NCBI GenBank assembly: GCA_963718565.1
Contig: OY970364.1
Span: forward strand, 960,001 to 1,024,000
Direction: 5' to 3'
Source of the DNA: an uncultured Verrucomicrobiae bacterium
Lineage (GTDB): Bacteria; Chlamydiota; Chlamydiia; Chlamydiales; Rhabdochlamydiaceae
Length of the DNA: 64,000 nt
Shown here piece after piece: positions 20,330-34,641 of this stretch. The position numbers and the translations under genes are program-made. Numbering within the stretch: the first letter of the stretch is position 1; every line of letters begins with the position of its first letter. The notes under the pieces were generated by a model. The model ran no database searches. It was not told the origin of the DNA and saw only the letters and a list, made by a program, of their open reading frames with translations.

Positions 20330-21501
20330 AACAGTCCTGCTTGCTTCAATTTTGTCATTGTTTCGTCAAGTTGTAAATAATAGATTGGCTCCAATCGATT
20401 AATGTCATAGAGTATCGATGGTAATGCGATAACGCTCACCGTATTGGAAGTATAATTACTCACATAGGCAAATTGACCATTGGGTGATATCGCAATCGCA
20501 TCAGGAGAAAACCCAACTCCTATGATGGGAGAGGTTGTCGCGTTCGTGTGAATGTCGATAATGTCAATCGTTCCTTGGCTAGCTGTCAAATCAGTGAAAC
20601 CAGCGCCATTATAAATTGTGCTATAATTAGACACATATGCAGAGGAGCCATCGGGTGTAATGGCGATGCCAGAAGGCTGTATTCCCAGAGTGATCGTTGC
20701 AACAATGGTATTGCTGCTTATATTAACAACACTCACTGTAGTCCCTACAGGTGAAAAATTATTGCTCCCAAAATTAGTGACATAAGCATATTTACCATTG
20801 GGTGTGATTGCAATTGCAAATGGCCCGGAAAAACCTGTAATGGCGTTGAGTTGCACAGAGTTGTCGCTTGTTTTTATAATACTGATTGTGCCCATGCCTG
20901 GATTACCATTGGTATAACTCACAACATAGACATAGGCGCCATCGGGTGTGATAGCCATTGCGGCAGGAGCTTGTCCTACTGTAATTGGCGATCCAACAAT
21001 GGCATTGGTGTTTAAGTTAACAACATTCACTGTTGTTCCGTTGCCACTATCAAGGCCTGCCCCATAATTATTGGCATAGGCATAATTCCCATCAGGAGTG
21101 ATGACAAAACCTGAAGGGCCGTTAAAACCGCCAATTGTCCCTGAAACTGTACGAGTGGCTATGTCTATGATGGTCACCGTTGTGCTATTACTATTGGTCA
21201 CATAAGCTTTTGTTCCTGCTGGATTAATGGTGACCGTATAAGGTTCGTTAAAACTGCTGTCGCTAATCGTTTGTTCGAGGGTGTTATACGTTAAATTTAA
21301 TACGCTCACAGTGTCTTCACCAGGGATTGAATTGTCGTTGTTGTTCGCAACGTAGCCAAAAAAATTATCGGGAGTGATCGCAATTCCGGCTGGATTCTGC
21401 CCTACGCTGATGGTAGCAACAACTGTATTGGAATGATCTGCATAGGAAAATGTTAATCCCGCAGATAAGAGAATGACCGCATACGCTCTTAAATTTTTCA
21501 T
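20326..21501 (-). CDS. Secreted YVTN/YncE beta-propeller protein
   Basis: Seven P-x-G/A-IAITPxG-x-x-AYVxN repeats; signal peptide. Confidence 0.9.
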   Translation of the reverse strand: MKNLRAYAVILLSAGLTFSYADHSNTVVATISVGQNPAGIAITPDNFFGYVANNNDNSIPGEDTVSVLNLTYNTLEQTISDSSFNEPYTVTINPAGTKAYVTNSNSTTVTIIDIATRTVSGTIGGFNGPSGFVITPDGNYAYANNYGAGLDSGNGTTVNVVNLNTNAIVGSPITVGQAPAAMAITPDGAYVYVVSYTNGNPGMGTISIIKTSDNSVQLNAITGFSGPFAIAITPNGKYAYVTNFGSNNFSPVGTTVSVVNISSNTIVATITLGIQPSGIAITPDGSSAYVSNYSTIYNGAGFTDLTASQGTIDIIDIHTNATTSPIIGVGFSPDAIAISPNGQFAYVSNYTSNTVSVIALPSILYDINRLEPIYYLQLDETMTKLKQAGLL

Positions 21502-21617
21502 GCCCATCCTCAAAAGTAAATGCCCATTTTTAGCTGCGTGAAAGTTGTGCAATTTTCACGATCGCAAACAGCATGGTATTAATGCAATATAATAAGAGGA
21601 ATTTTGCAATTCCCTCT

Positions 21618-22108
21618 AAGCACAGCCGAAATATCGCGATGGACAAAATGTCATACGCGATGTGCAAACCAAGGCAATCATCTATATGCCACCTGAAGCA
21701 TATGCCCGTAACCTAGGAGCTTATTACGAGGCGCTCAACATCGGCGATTCTCACAATTATTATCTTGGCCGGGAAAAAGATGACATCACAAAATAGATGG
21801 AGTATTTCATCGAAGGAATGATGGCGTCATTTGAAAATGTTCTCAAACATATGGCTGCGATTCAAAGCTCAACCGATCAAAGCAATGTAATCAGAGCGCT
21901 CGATGCACGCCAGCGCAGAGTTCTACAACTATTCCAAGAGTTCGAAACCATCACAAGCCATCAAATTGGCGAGCTTTTCGGTTTTAAACCTCGTACAAGC
22001 GCAGCCCTCTGTTTCCAGTGGGTCAAAAAACGGCTTTTTAGCCGTTGCCGACCCCTCAAATAAAGGCCGCAAATACAAGCTCTCTAAGAAATACCTCTCC
22101 CTAGTACT
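21618..22108 (+). pseudogene. Fic family pseudogene with catalytic core deleted
   Basis: YRDGQNVIRD..IYMPPEA joined directly to YARNLGAYYEAL..HNYY; in-frame stop; C-terminal HTH frameshifted. Confidence 0.65.
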
Positions 22109-22280
22109 TATACGGCGCGCGATTAGGTTTGGTGAATTTTGACAGGCTGCGACTTTGCCAAATCGATCCTTCTCGCTCGCCTTGCTATTCAGCAATGGTC
22201 TCGCTCGTTCGGCCGCTTCGCTTCGATTTTGCTTCGTCTCGCAGAGTCAAAATTCGCCAAACCTAACCGCGCGCCGTATA
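22109..22280. mobile_element. Family B palindromic MITE, 172 bp
   Basis: TATAC...GTATA ends with long imperfect TIRs; homologous to 62692-62863. Confidence 0.9.
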
Positions 22281-22405
22281 AGGATCAAGCAAATAATTAA
22301 CAGTGACAAATATTTTCATCCCGAATCACTTTTTGAAAGATTCGTTGAATCTATTTATTTTAGCTGATATGATGAGCCGATAATTTTAATTATTTTTTAG
22401 AGGCT

Positions 22406-23353
22406 ATGTCGATCCCCATTGTCATTTTTATGTACGCTGTCTGGTCGAGCGTCTTTTCTTTGGGCAAACTCACTTTAGAGTATTGTCCTCCCCTCTTTTT
22501 GACTGGGGCAAGAATGGTCCTAGCTGGGCTTTTGCTCCTAGGATTTTTAGCAATTTTTAAACGCTCCTCTTTCAAATTGAGCCGCGTTCAAATTTTTTCA
22601 ATTATACTGCTCGCTTTTTTCAGCATTTACTTAACTAATGCGCTAGAATTCTGGGGACTCCAATATTTGTCTGCAGCAAAAACTTGTTTCATCTACAGCC
22701 TTTCGCCGTTTTTTGCAGCGCTTTTTTCTTACTTGCATTTCAACGAAAAGATGAATAGGCGTAAGTGGCTTGGGCTTTGTGTTGGATTCCTGGGTTTTAT
22801 CCCTGTGCTTCTAACACAAACCGGCTCGGAAGAGCTGCTCAATGCCTTTAGCCTCTTCTCATGGCCCTCGCTTGCCATTATGGGTGCGGTCCTATGCTCT
22901 GTTTACGGATGGATTGTTTTGCGGCTAATCGTCAAAGACCATGCTATTTCCCCGCTGATGGCAAACGGCGCCAGTATGCTATTTGGCGGCCTTTTAGCCT
23001 TTGCCCATTCTTTTCTCGTAGAAGGATGGAATCCCCTTCCTTTCCCAATGGAAAATATCGCCCCCGTCGTAAAAGGGACCCTCTTGATGTCCTTAATTTC
23101 AAATATTATTTGCTATAACCTATATGGCATGCTCTTAAAGCGGTTTACAGCAACCTTCTTGTCCTTCATGGGGCTCCTAAGCCCGATTTTTGCTTCTCTC
23201 AACGGCCTCGTTTTCTTAGGCGAGCCCATTTCTTGGACGATCGTAGTTTCCACAGGGATTGTCTCATTGGGGCTATGGATCGTCTACCACGCCGAGCTCA
23301 AACAAGGGTATATTGCCCATTCTAACCCCATTACCCCAAGCGCTAATCTTTAG
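22406..23353 (+). CDS. DMT/EamA family transporter
   Basis: About 10 TM segments, two EamA repeats (PPLFLTGARM, LGEPI). Confidence 0.9.
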   Translation: MSIPIVIFMYAVWSSVFSLGKLTLEYCPPLFLTGARMVLAGLLLLGFLAIFKRSSFKLSRVQIFSIILLAFFSIYLTNALEFWGLQYLSAAKTCFIYSLSPFFAALFSYLHFNEKMNRRKWLGLCVGFLGFIPVLLTQTGSEELLNAFSLFSWPSLAIMGAVLCSVYGWIVLRLIVKDHAISPLMANGASMLFGGLLAFAHSFLVEGWNPLPFPMENIAPVVKGTLLMSLISNIICYNLYGMLLKRFTATFLSFMGLLSPIFASLNGLVFLGEPISWTIVVSTGIVSLGLWIVYHAELKQGYIAHSNPITPSANL

Positions 23354-23424
23354 AGGGGAATTGCAAAACTCCTCGCCACATAAATCATCGATTTTCTGCT
23401 AGCGAGAAGTTTTGCAATTCCCTC
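23353..23424. mobile_element. Family A MITE, internally deleted, 72 bp
   Basis: Both TIRs present; TTTA duplicated on each side. Confidence 0.85.
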
Positions 23425-23496
23425 TTTAACTATCAGAGCTGCTTCTACTTCTGAATCAAGATAAACTGCATATAATTATATCCTTAAAACTAATAG

Positions 23497-24677
23497 ACTC
23501 ACCTTACGCAAAATGGGCTCCAACCATATCGCAACCAGTTCTGAACCGCAGCCGTTCAAGTTCTAAAAATGCCATTCGATTTGCCTTCATCAGTAATTGA
23601 TATTTCAGAGCAAAATGATTCAAAAAAGTTTGAGTTCGGAGAAATTCCAACTTGCAATAAGCGATGATTGATGCAAAAATATGGTTCTTTTGAGAGCGCA
23701 GAACCTTAGTCGGCGATTTCTCAAGGCTAGCGTTCTGCTTGATCGATTTGTGATATTCTTCTATGCGCCACCGTTTTTGGTAGATTTCGTAGATTCGGTC
23801 AGCACTACTTTCTAAGTCATTTGTAACAAGGTATAGAGTGCCTGTAGAGCCGTCTTCGTTTTTGAAGATCTTTGTAATGAGTGCTACAGAAAAAGACATG
23901 TCTTTTAGCCAGACTATTCTTTTTTCTCCATCCTTGAGTGGTAATGCATTTAGATTTTGGTACTGACCATTTTTTCTGTCCTCTTCAGAAAGAGCGACCA
24001 ATCGATTAGCTTTGATCCCAATTACAAACTTCTTTTTCATATCATAATGAATAAACTCCATATTTTTTTTCGCTCCGAACCAATTATCAGACAATATATA
24101 GTCAAATTTAACCTTATTGGTTACAGCTTGGGCAATCATAGATCGAAACATTTGATTTTTACTGACTGAAGACTGTCTTTTTACTTTTTTGCTGGCGACA
24201 TCACAAAAAAGCACGTCTTTATAAATAGGCTCATAAGCAATGGGTAAGGCAATATCTCCGTAGCGAGCAAGACATGATAAAAGGTTGACCCCCTTCACAC
24301 ATCTTCCCTTGGCATGCGAGTAATGCCAGCAAATAATCTCATTTTCGTCCGTGTAGGTCTTCTCTTCAATCGTGTCATCAAAAATAAGCACTCCTCCTAC
24401 ATCTTGTTCAATCTTGCGAATTTCCGGCTTGATGTATTCCCATAGCTCTTTGGATGAAAATTCATTGCTGTTCAAAAATCTAGTAATTTTGTCATGACTA
24501 ATCCGGCCTTCTAAGAGATCTGAGAGACCAACTGCTGTTGCATATTGATTCTGAGCAATCAAGTAATCCGAATAGATATCGAGTAGTCTGTTCATTTTTT
24601 CTCCAAAAAATTGAACAAGACTACGAAAAAAAGACAGGCCTTGTCAAGAAATTTTTACCGATTTGCGTAAGGTGAGT
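23497..24677 (-). mobile_element. IS701-family insertion sequence, full length
   Basis: 16-bp perfect TIR ACTCACCTTACGCAAA; 5-bp DR AATAG. Confidence 0.9.
23504..24595 (-). CDS. IS701-family DDE transposase
   Basis: ISHDKITRFL, IFDDTIEEK, LSDNWF, YQKRWRIEEYHK. Confidence 0.9.
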   Translation of the reverse strand: MNRLLDIYSDYLIAQNQYATAVGLSDLLEGRISHDKITRFLNSNEFSSKELWEYIKPEIRKIEQDVGGVLIFDDTIEEKTYTDENEIICWHYSHAKGRCVKGVNLLSCLARYGDIALPIAYEPIYKDVLFCDVASKKVKRQSSVSKNQMFRSMIAQAVTNKVKFDYILSDNWFGAKKNMEFIHYDMKKKFVIGIKANRLVALSEEDRKNGQYQNLNALPLKDGEKRIVWLKDMSFSVALITKIFKNEDGSTGTLYLVTNDLESSADRIYEIYQKRWRIEEYHKSIKQNASLEKSPTKVLRSQKNHIFASIIAYCKLEFLRTQTFLNHFALKYQLLMKANRMAFLELERLRFRTGCDMVGAHFA

Positions 24678-24769
24678 AATAGAGCTAATTAGTTGCGTCT
24701 ACTTTAAAAAAGTGAATTATCCTTTGTAATGCAATGCACTTTATGGTATAATTAAAATAAAAATTAATT

Positions 24770-25019
24770 AGCCCCATTTCTTTATACCCTTTATAAAGTC
24801 TCCTGACCTGTCTACAACTAATGCCTAGAACATCAGCAGCTTGGGTTTGGGAAAGAGCTTTCTGCTTTAGTTTAGAAAGGACCTCAGCCCTATCTAACTC
24901 TTTGGTACTCATAGTGATAATTCTTTCCATTGAATTACCTCCTTGGTAATAAATACCTTACTACCAGGAGAGGACATTTCTATTTAACGCAAAGCGGACA
25001 TTTCAAAAAAACGCTTACA
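24770..25019 (-). mobile_element. Truncated IS1202/ISNCY-like element (left end and transposase N-terminus)
   Basis: Minus strand begins TGT with repeated AAATGTCC; ORF MSTKELDRAEVL...QAADVLGISCRQVRRL. Confidence 0.65.
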
Positions 25020-25109
25020 ACTAAATGCAATTAGTTGAAATAAAATATTTAATTATGGTATATTATAAATAAAAACAGAAAGACAGATCATTAAAAAGAA
25101 GAAATTATT

Positions 25110-26570
25110 ATGGTAGCTGGATTAACTGGATATTCGGGATGGAATGTATCAGGAGAAAGCTCCGGTTTAGTCACTAAAACTGATGCTGGAAAGTTTCAAC
25201 TGACTCCGCAAGGCAAAGAAAAAGCTAAAAATATAGTTTATACCCTTGTTTTGAAAAAACTAAAAGACGAAGAGGAAAATTCGAACATAACAAAAAATGA
25301 GCAAAAGATAGGGGAAAATTCGGACGTAGAAAACGATGAGAAAAAGTCGGACACAGGCCATACTGAATCGTTGCTTGGCATAGACAATACTAGTGAATTA
25401 TCATTTAATAAGAGGAGTGAAGAATTGTTTGAGAATAATGGTATTTCTCAAGCGGTGAGCGAGCTTCTGGTCATAGCAGAAGAGTCTCTGCTTAATGATT
25501 GGGAAAGAGATTATCAGCAGAAAGAAATGAACAAAACAACTATCAGAACAATTTCTCATGTTTCGAGAATTCCACTTTATCTGCTCGCTGTTGCTGTACA
25601 AGTTGTGAAGATCTTTTTTAAAGCAATTTTCTTAATGATTCCAACTGAAATTTATGACTGTGCTACACGCCGGCACGTTGGCAATATTATAGGATTTGCT
25701 GGGATCAAAATGGATATGGCCATAACTATTGGTTTGGGCATAAGAATACTTGATTCCTGCTTTGCTCCCGAAAAGGACGTGTCGTTTCTACAAACTTGCG
25801 AAGGAATATGCAAGACAATAATTTGGGAAGTGGCTCAGTCAACAGATGGGGAAATACTGATCATGCCTAATGGTCAAACAACCACTCAAAAGTTCACTAT
25901 TAGTATGGCAGTTTCCAAAATCTGGAACCACAGTTTTCCTAAAGCCGAGAGAGTTAACAACGATAAAAAAATTATTGAAGAAGCCCCCAAGACATCGAAC
26001 AATACTTCTAAAGGTGACGACAATAAAGGAATAGACCCATTTGCATCAGTTCCAGAAAAATTGAGATTAGCCTATAGCAATTACGTCAAATATCGAAATG
26101 AATATATTTATGGTAGCCTGGAACTAGCAAAAAAGTTAAATGTTACAGCAGAAGATATTACAACTTTAGATGAAATATTAATAAAAGATGTAGAGTATTT
26201 TTTTTGTAAATTCTCATCCTATGAGCGAGGTATTCTTTTCCAACTAATAGACAAGTTTAGTAGAGGAGACGACAGATCAAAAGATTCCACAAGAAGGGTC
26301 GTAACTCTAAAAAACCTTGCTGAGATCAGAGATCAAGCTGAAAGTGAAAAGAAGAATACCTACAATGGAGTTCCCCTTAAATCACCAAAAGAAGTACTTA
26401 GTCTGTTTATTACATTAGCTGAGGAAATGGAAATTTTTCAAAAATTCAAGATCATCAGATTACTTGTAAATCAGAAGCCCTCATTGTCGCTTCAGCTCGC
26501 GGAACACTCACTGTTAGATATCCCTTTTTCTGATTCGGACGAATACAATTCTTCTCTCGTAGAAGGATGA
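25110..26570 (+). CDS. Hypothetical protein, paralog 1 (candidate effector or inclusion protein)
   Basis: 486 aa, central hydrophobic domain, similar to 26831-27649. Confidence 0.75.
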   Translation: MVAGLTGYSGWNVSGESSGLVTKTDAGKFQLTPQGKEKAKNIVYTLVLKKLKDEEENSNITKNEQKIGENSDVENDEKKSDTGHTESLLGIDNTSELSFNKRSEELFENNGISQAVSELLVIAEESLLNDWERDYQQKEMNKTTIRTISHVSRIPLYLLAVAVQVVKIFFKAIFLMIPTEIYDCATRRHVGNIIGFAGIKMDMAITIGLGIRILDSCFAPEKDVSFLQTCEGICKTIIWEVAQSTDGEILIMPNGQTTTQKFTISMAVSKIWNHSFPKAERVNNDKKIIEEAPKTSNNTSKGDDNKGIDPFASVPEKLRLAYSNYVKYRNEYIYGSLELAKKLNVTAEDITTLDEILIKDVEYFFCKFSSYERGILFQLIDKFSRGDDRSKDSTRRVVTLKNLAEIRDQAESEKKNTYNGVPLKSPKEVLSLFITLAEEMEIFQKFKIIRLLVNQKPSLSLQLAEHSLLDIPFSDSDEYNSSLVEG

Positions 26571-26830
26571 AATCCCCCCTTCCTTTTTTATCAAAGAGAA
26601 CATCAACTCAAAGACTGTATCAATCTACCCTTTTGAAAACCAATCTCTTATAGTTTTAATCATATTATTCTCACAATTAGATACTTGGGAAAACACATCA
26701 TTAACCGAAAAATGTAATTAATTTAAAATTTAATTTAAAATATAATTACTTTAAACGTTGAGTTATGATATATTGTATTTAGGAATAAAATTAAAAATTT
26801 TCAAATTTTCGTTAAAAACAGGAAATTATT

Positions 26831-27649
26831 ATGGTAGCCGGATTAACTAGATATCCGACATGGAACTTGCCTAGAGGCTTAGTCATTGAAGGAACAAATG
26901 GAGAGTTCGAGTTTACCATAAAAGGCAAAGAAGTTGCGGATGAGATTATTTGCGACCTTCTTGCGAAGCGAATAATCGAAAAGCGGGAGATGTCAGAGGT
27001 AGAGCAAGACTATTATTCCTCTTCCAAAGAGTTTGTTGAAGCACAATTAGAGGAAAAACAAAGAGAAGACCTTGAAGCTTTACACAAAAAAGCAAAGCCC
27101 TTTTTACTTAACAAATGGAAAAGAGATTATCAGCAGGAAAAATTCGACCAAGAAATGAAAGAAATACAAATTGAAACCGTCAGAAGGGTGTCTCATATTT
27201 GTAGAGTTCCACTTTTTCTGCTCGCTGGCGCCGCACAAGTTGTGAAAATCCTTTTTAAAACAATTTTCTTGGCTATCCCCACTGAAATTTCTGACCGTTT
27301 TACAGGCAGATACTTTGGCAATATTACAGGGTTTTCTGGGATTAAAAAAGACATAGCGATAACTATCAGTATAGGCATAAAAATACTTAGCTTCTGCGTT
27401 GCTCCAAAAAAGAATCAGTCGCTTCTAAAAACTTGCGAAGCAATATACGATGCAATAACTTGGGAAAGAAATTGGAAAAGAGATAAGCAAACATTTCAAA
27501 AGGCAACGATCAGTCATAAGGGAGAAGAACTCATTAGTAAAAAGGCAAGGATCAGTCATAAGGGGGAAGAACTCACTATTAGTAAAATGGTTTCGATTAC
27601 TTGGAACACCTCTTTTCCTAATCAAAAAAATTTAATTGTAGAAGGATGA
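26831..27649 (+). CDS. Hypothetical protein, paralog 2
   Basis: Shares MVAGLT start, WxRDYQQ, SHxxRxPL and VEG* end with paralog 1. Confidence 0.75.
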   Translation: MVAGLTRYPTWNLPRGLVIEGTNGEFEFTIKGKEVADEIICDLLAKRIIEKREMSEVEQDYYSSSKEFVEAQLEEKQREDLEALHKKAKPFLLNKWKRDYQQEKFDQEMKEIQIETVRRVSHICRVPLFLLAGAAQVVKILFKTIFLAIPTEISDRFTGRYFGNITGFSGIKKDIAITISIGIKILSFCVAPKKNQSLLKTCEAIYDAITWERNWKRDKQTFQKATISHKGEELISKKARISHKGEELTISKMVSITWNTSFPNQKNLIVEG

Positions 27650-27683
27650 AATCCTTTTCCTTTTTATCAAAGGGAACATCAAG

Positions 27684-28127
27684 CTGATCGTTACCCACAA
27701 ATCTAAAATTTAGTATCCTGTTTCGCTTTTCACAAGGAGCAGGTATCATGAACTACCAATGGATTCATCAACAATTCTCTAACGTCAATATGAAAGACAC
27801 TCGTCTACAGAAGAGGGCTGTTCAGTTGGAATTATTGGAGTGATAGCAACACAACTCTTGGCGATGAGAGAGCACTGCCGATTGTCGCCAGAAACGCGAG
27901 TCGAAGAAGTAGTACCCCAGTGCTGTATTATGCTTATGGAGCAGCGGCTGAGAGTGAAGCTTAAAACGGTGAGAGATTATTGGCGTTGCCTTGCGCGCTT
28001 AGGCGGCTTTATAGGACGCAAATCGGATGGAGAGCCTGGGTGGCAAACGATCTGGAAAGGCTATACGAGATTCAAAGACATGTTGTGGGGAGCAGGGTAT
28101 GTTTAAGAGCTTGTGGGTAACGATTAG
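27684..28127 (+). mobile_element. Internally deleted IS4-family (IS50/Tn5-like) element
   Basis: 17-bp TIR CTGATCGTTACCCACAA (one mismatch); N-terminal DTRLQKR joined to C-terminal ARLGGFIGRKSDGEPGWQTIWKG. Confidence 0.85.
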
Positions 28128-28162
28128 GGATATTACTCAAATAACTTGATCAAATAAAACAT

Positions 28163-28195
28163 AAAAAAAGCCCCAGGAACTTTCGCTGCTGGGGC
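28163..28195 (-). terminator. Rho-independent terminator of the rRNA operon
   Basis: GCCCCAG...CTGGGGC stem followed by T7 on the minus strand. Confidence 0.85.
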
Positions 28196-28206
28196 GTGAA
28201 GAAAAA

Positions 28207-28321
28207 CTTGGCGGCGACCTACTCTCCCATACTCTTGCGTACAGTACCATCGGCGAGGAAGGGCTTGACTTCTGAGTTCGGGATGGGATCAGGTATTTCC
28301 CCTTCTCTATTGCCACCAAGA
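28207..28321 (-). rRNA. rrf: 5S rRNA
   Basis: Minus strand has CCCATCCCGAACTCAGAAGTCAAG and GGGAGAGTAGGTCGCCGCCAAG. Confidence 0.95.
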
Positions 28322-28508
28322 CGATTTGTCGAATGAGTCTTAAAGAACTTTATCACTTATGAAAATTGACGCTTGATTAGAGGCTTTATCTTTCAGGGGG
28401 TTGCCCCTTTGGACTAGTCCTCTTGTTTTAAGTTCCATTGGCGCTTAACAGCACCATCAATGACTTGCTCCCTATCTTAGGGACCCCATGCCATTGATGA
28501 AAAATAAA

Positions 28509-31456
<2,948 letters not shown>

Positions 31457-31705
31457 TAAAACTTTTAGCTGTTAAAAGTATTCAATTTTTCGCCAATGTT
31501 CTTAAAACAATTTTTGTTCTCAAGCGCCAATTTTCATCAGTGAATTGTTTCAGTAGTGTCTCTACTGATTTACCACATTTTAAGACTTCCGTGTTGTTAC
31601 ACACTTTATCTTTGTTATTGGTCGCTTTATTTTATTTGAGATTATTTTCTTTTTGACTCTATTCGACTTTCGAGATAGCTAATCCTTTTCGTAAAATGAA
31701 AAGGA

Positions 31706-31779
31706 TGCGGTTACCTAGACTTGAACTAGGGACCTCGACATTATCAGTGTCGCGCTCTAACCAACTGAGCTATAACCGC
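31706..31779 (-). tRNA. tRNA-Ile(GAT), no encoded CCA
   Basis: Cloverleaf, anticodon loop CTGATAA, TTCAAG T-loop. Confidence 0.95.
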
Positions 31780-31788
31780 TTGATTCAA

Positions 31789-31861
31789 TGGAGGTTAGGA
31801 GACTCGAACTCCTGACCCTCTGAATGCAAATCAGATGCTCTACCAACTGAGCTAAACCCCC
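31789..31861 (-). tRNA. tRNA-Ala(TGC), no encoded CCA
   Basis: GGGGGTT/AACCTCC acceptor stem with G3:U70; anticodon TGC. Confidence 0.95.
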
Positions 31862-31954
31862 TGACTTTGTCGGATTCTTAACAGCAGAAACGAAGTGACG
31901 TGGGCAAAATAAAGCTTGTCTCAACCTTAAGGACTACTGTGAGTAGTTTGTCCT

Positions 31955-33508
<1,554 letters not shown>

Positions 33509-33861
33509 AATATTAGTTCTTTAAGCAATTTGCCTTTGAAAAATATAAAAAATTTACAGGCAAATAAGCTGAGTTATTATACTCACTTATCCGCACAAGC
33601 TCTATTTTGCTTGCACATCACTTCATTTCTGATGTTAAGAAAGACTTGAACCAATCTTGTTGACTCTGTTCCTTTTGTGTGAATCCTGAGATTTTATCAA
33701 AAGGAATCAGTAACATACATAAACTTAGGAATTTTCTGCAAATGGATTCGAAAAAACGTGGATTATTCGAGAGAAAAAATTAACTGTGCTGAGGTCTCAG
33801 ATCTTTTTGGGCTATTTGGAAATTTGGCCTTGTTACCCATTAGAGCTCGAACAGATAGATT

Positions 33862-34482
33862 TTATCCTATCCACGTTCCCTTGCCAGTCTTGTCCATTTC
33901 CATTTTGGACAGAACTAAAGGAATTCCTAAAGCGCTGAGTACTCCGCCGATAGCAACTCCAATGAGTGTTCCTATAATAGGGATGGGAATAAGAAAAGTG
34001 AATACAAATCCAAAAAAAGCCGTTAGTACAACTGCAACGGTCACCCCTTTAGCCGCCCTGCTTCTAAATTCAAAGTTTTCATTCTCAACCTTCACTTGCT
34101 GTTCCGCTTTGTATTGGCTTTGGTCGGGCTCAACAGGCGTTTTATCATTTAATTCTTTTTTATGATTTAATTTTTCAGGCTGAAACTGCTTGATCTTATC
34201 CTGATTTTCTATATCGCGCGATGAAGGAGGGGTTCCAATAATGATTTTTTCGGTCCGGTTATTGTAGTATGCATTAATCGGATCTTCTTCGTTAGAAGGA
34301 GAAATAAAGATAACTCGACAAGGGGATACCTGAACCCCAGCTCCTCTATCTTGATCTTCGCAGATAATTGGTTGCAAACCTGCAAGACGAGGGTCTGGAG
34401 ATCCAGAAGTAATTGCCGAGTTCCAGCAACCTTGGAAATCCTTAACCAAATGTTCAGGTGGTTGGATTGGGTGGGTAGACAT
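33862..34482 (-). CDS. Inc-like membrane protein
   Basis: Hydrophilic N-terminus and a bilobed hydrophobic stretch of about 45 aa near the C-terminus. Confidence 0.6.
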   Translation of the reverse strand: MSTHPIQPPEHLVKDFQGCWNSAITSGSPDPRLAGLQPIICEDQDRGAGVQVSPCRVIFISPSNEEDPINAYYNNRTEKIIIGTPPSSRDIENQDKIKQFQPEKLNHKKELNDKTPVEPDQSQYKAEQQVKVENENFEFRSRAAKGVTVAVVLTAFFGFVFTFLIPIPIIGTLIGVAIGGVLSALGIPLVLSKMEMDKTGKGTWIG

Positions 34483-34641
34483 AACATCCTCTTTTAAGTT
34501 AACCATCATTGTATTCTAAATTACCATTTGAAGACAAGGTTTTTTTGAGGATTCAAAAATTTGTAACCAGCTATTAATGAATAACTTGCGACTGAAACTC
34601 TCTCTTTTTTGACCCTGTATAGAGCTCTTTTTTAAAGAAAA

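Noticed and set aside
23501..23512. IS701 TIR contains TTACGCA, like the island motif
   Set aside because: Only the heptamer is shared; the island sites lack the rest of the TIR and the DR, so it is probably coincidental.
25020..25070. dif/xrs site next to the IS1202-like end
   Set aside because: There is no convincing XerC/XerD pair; the TTATGGTATA box recurs before the paralogous genes and looks like a promoter.
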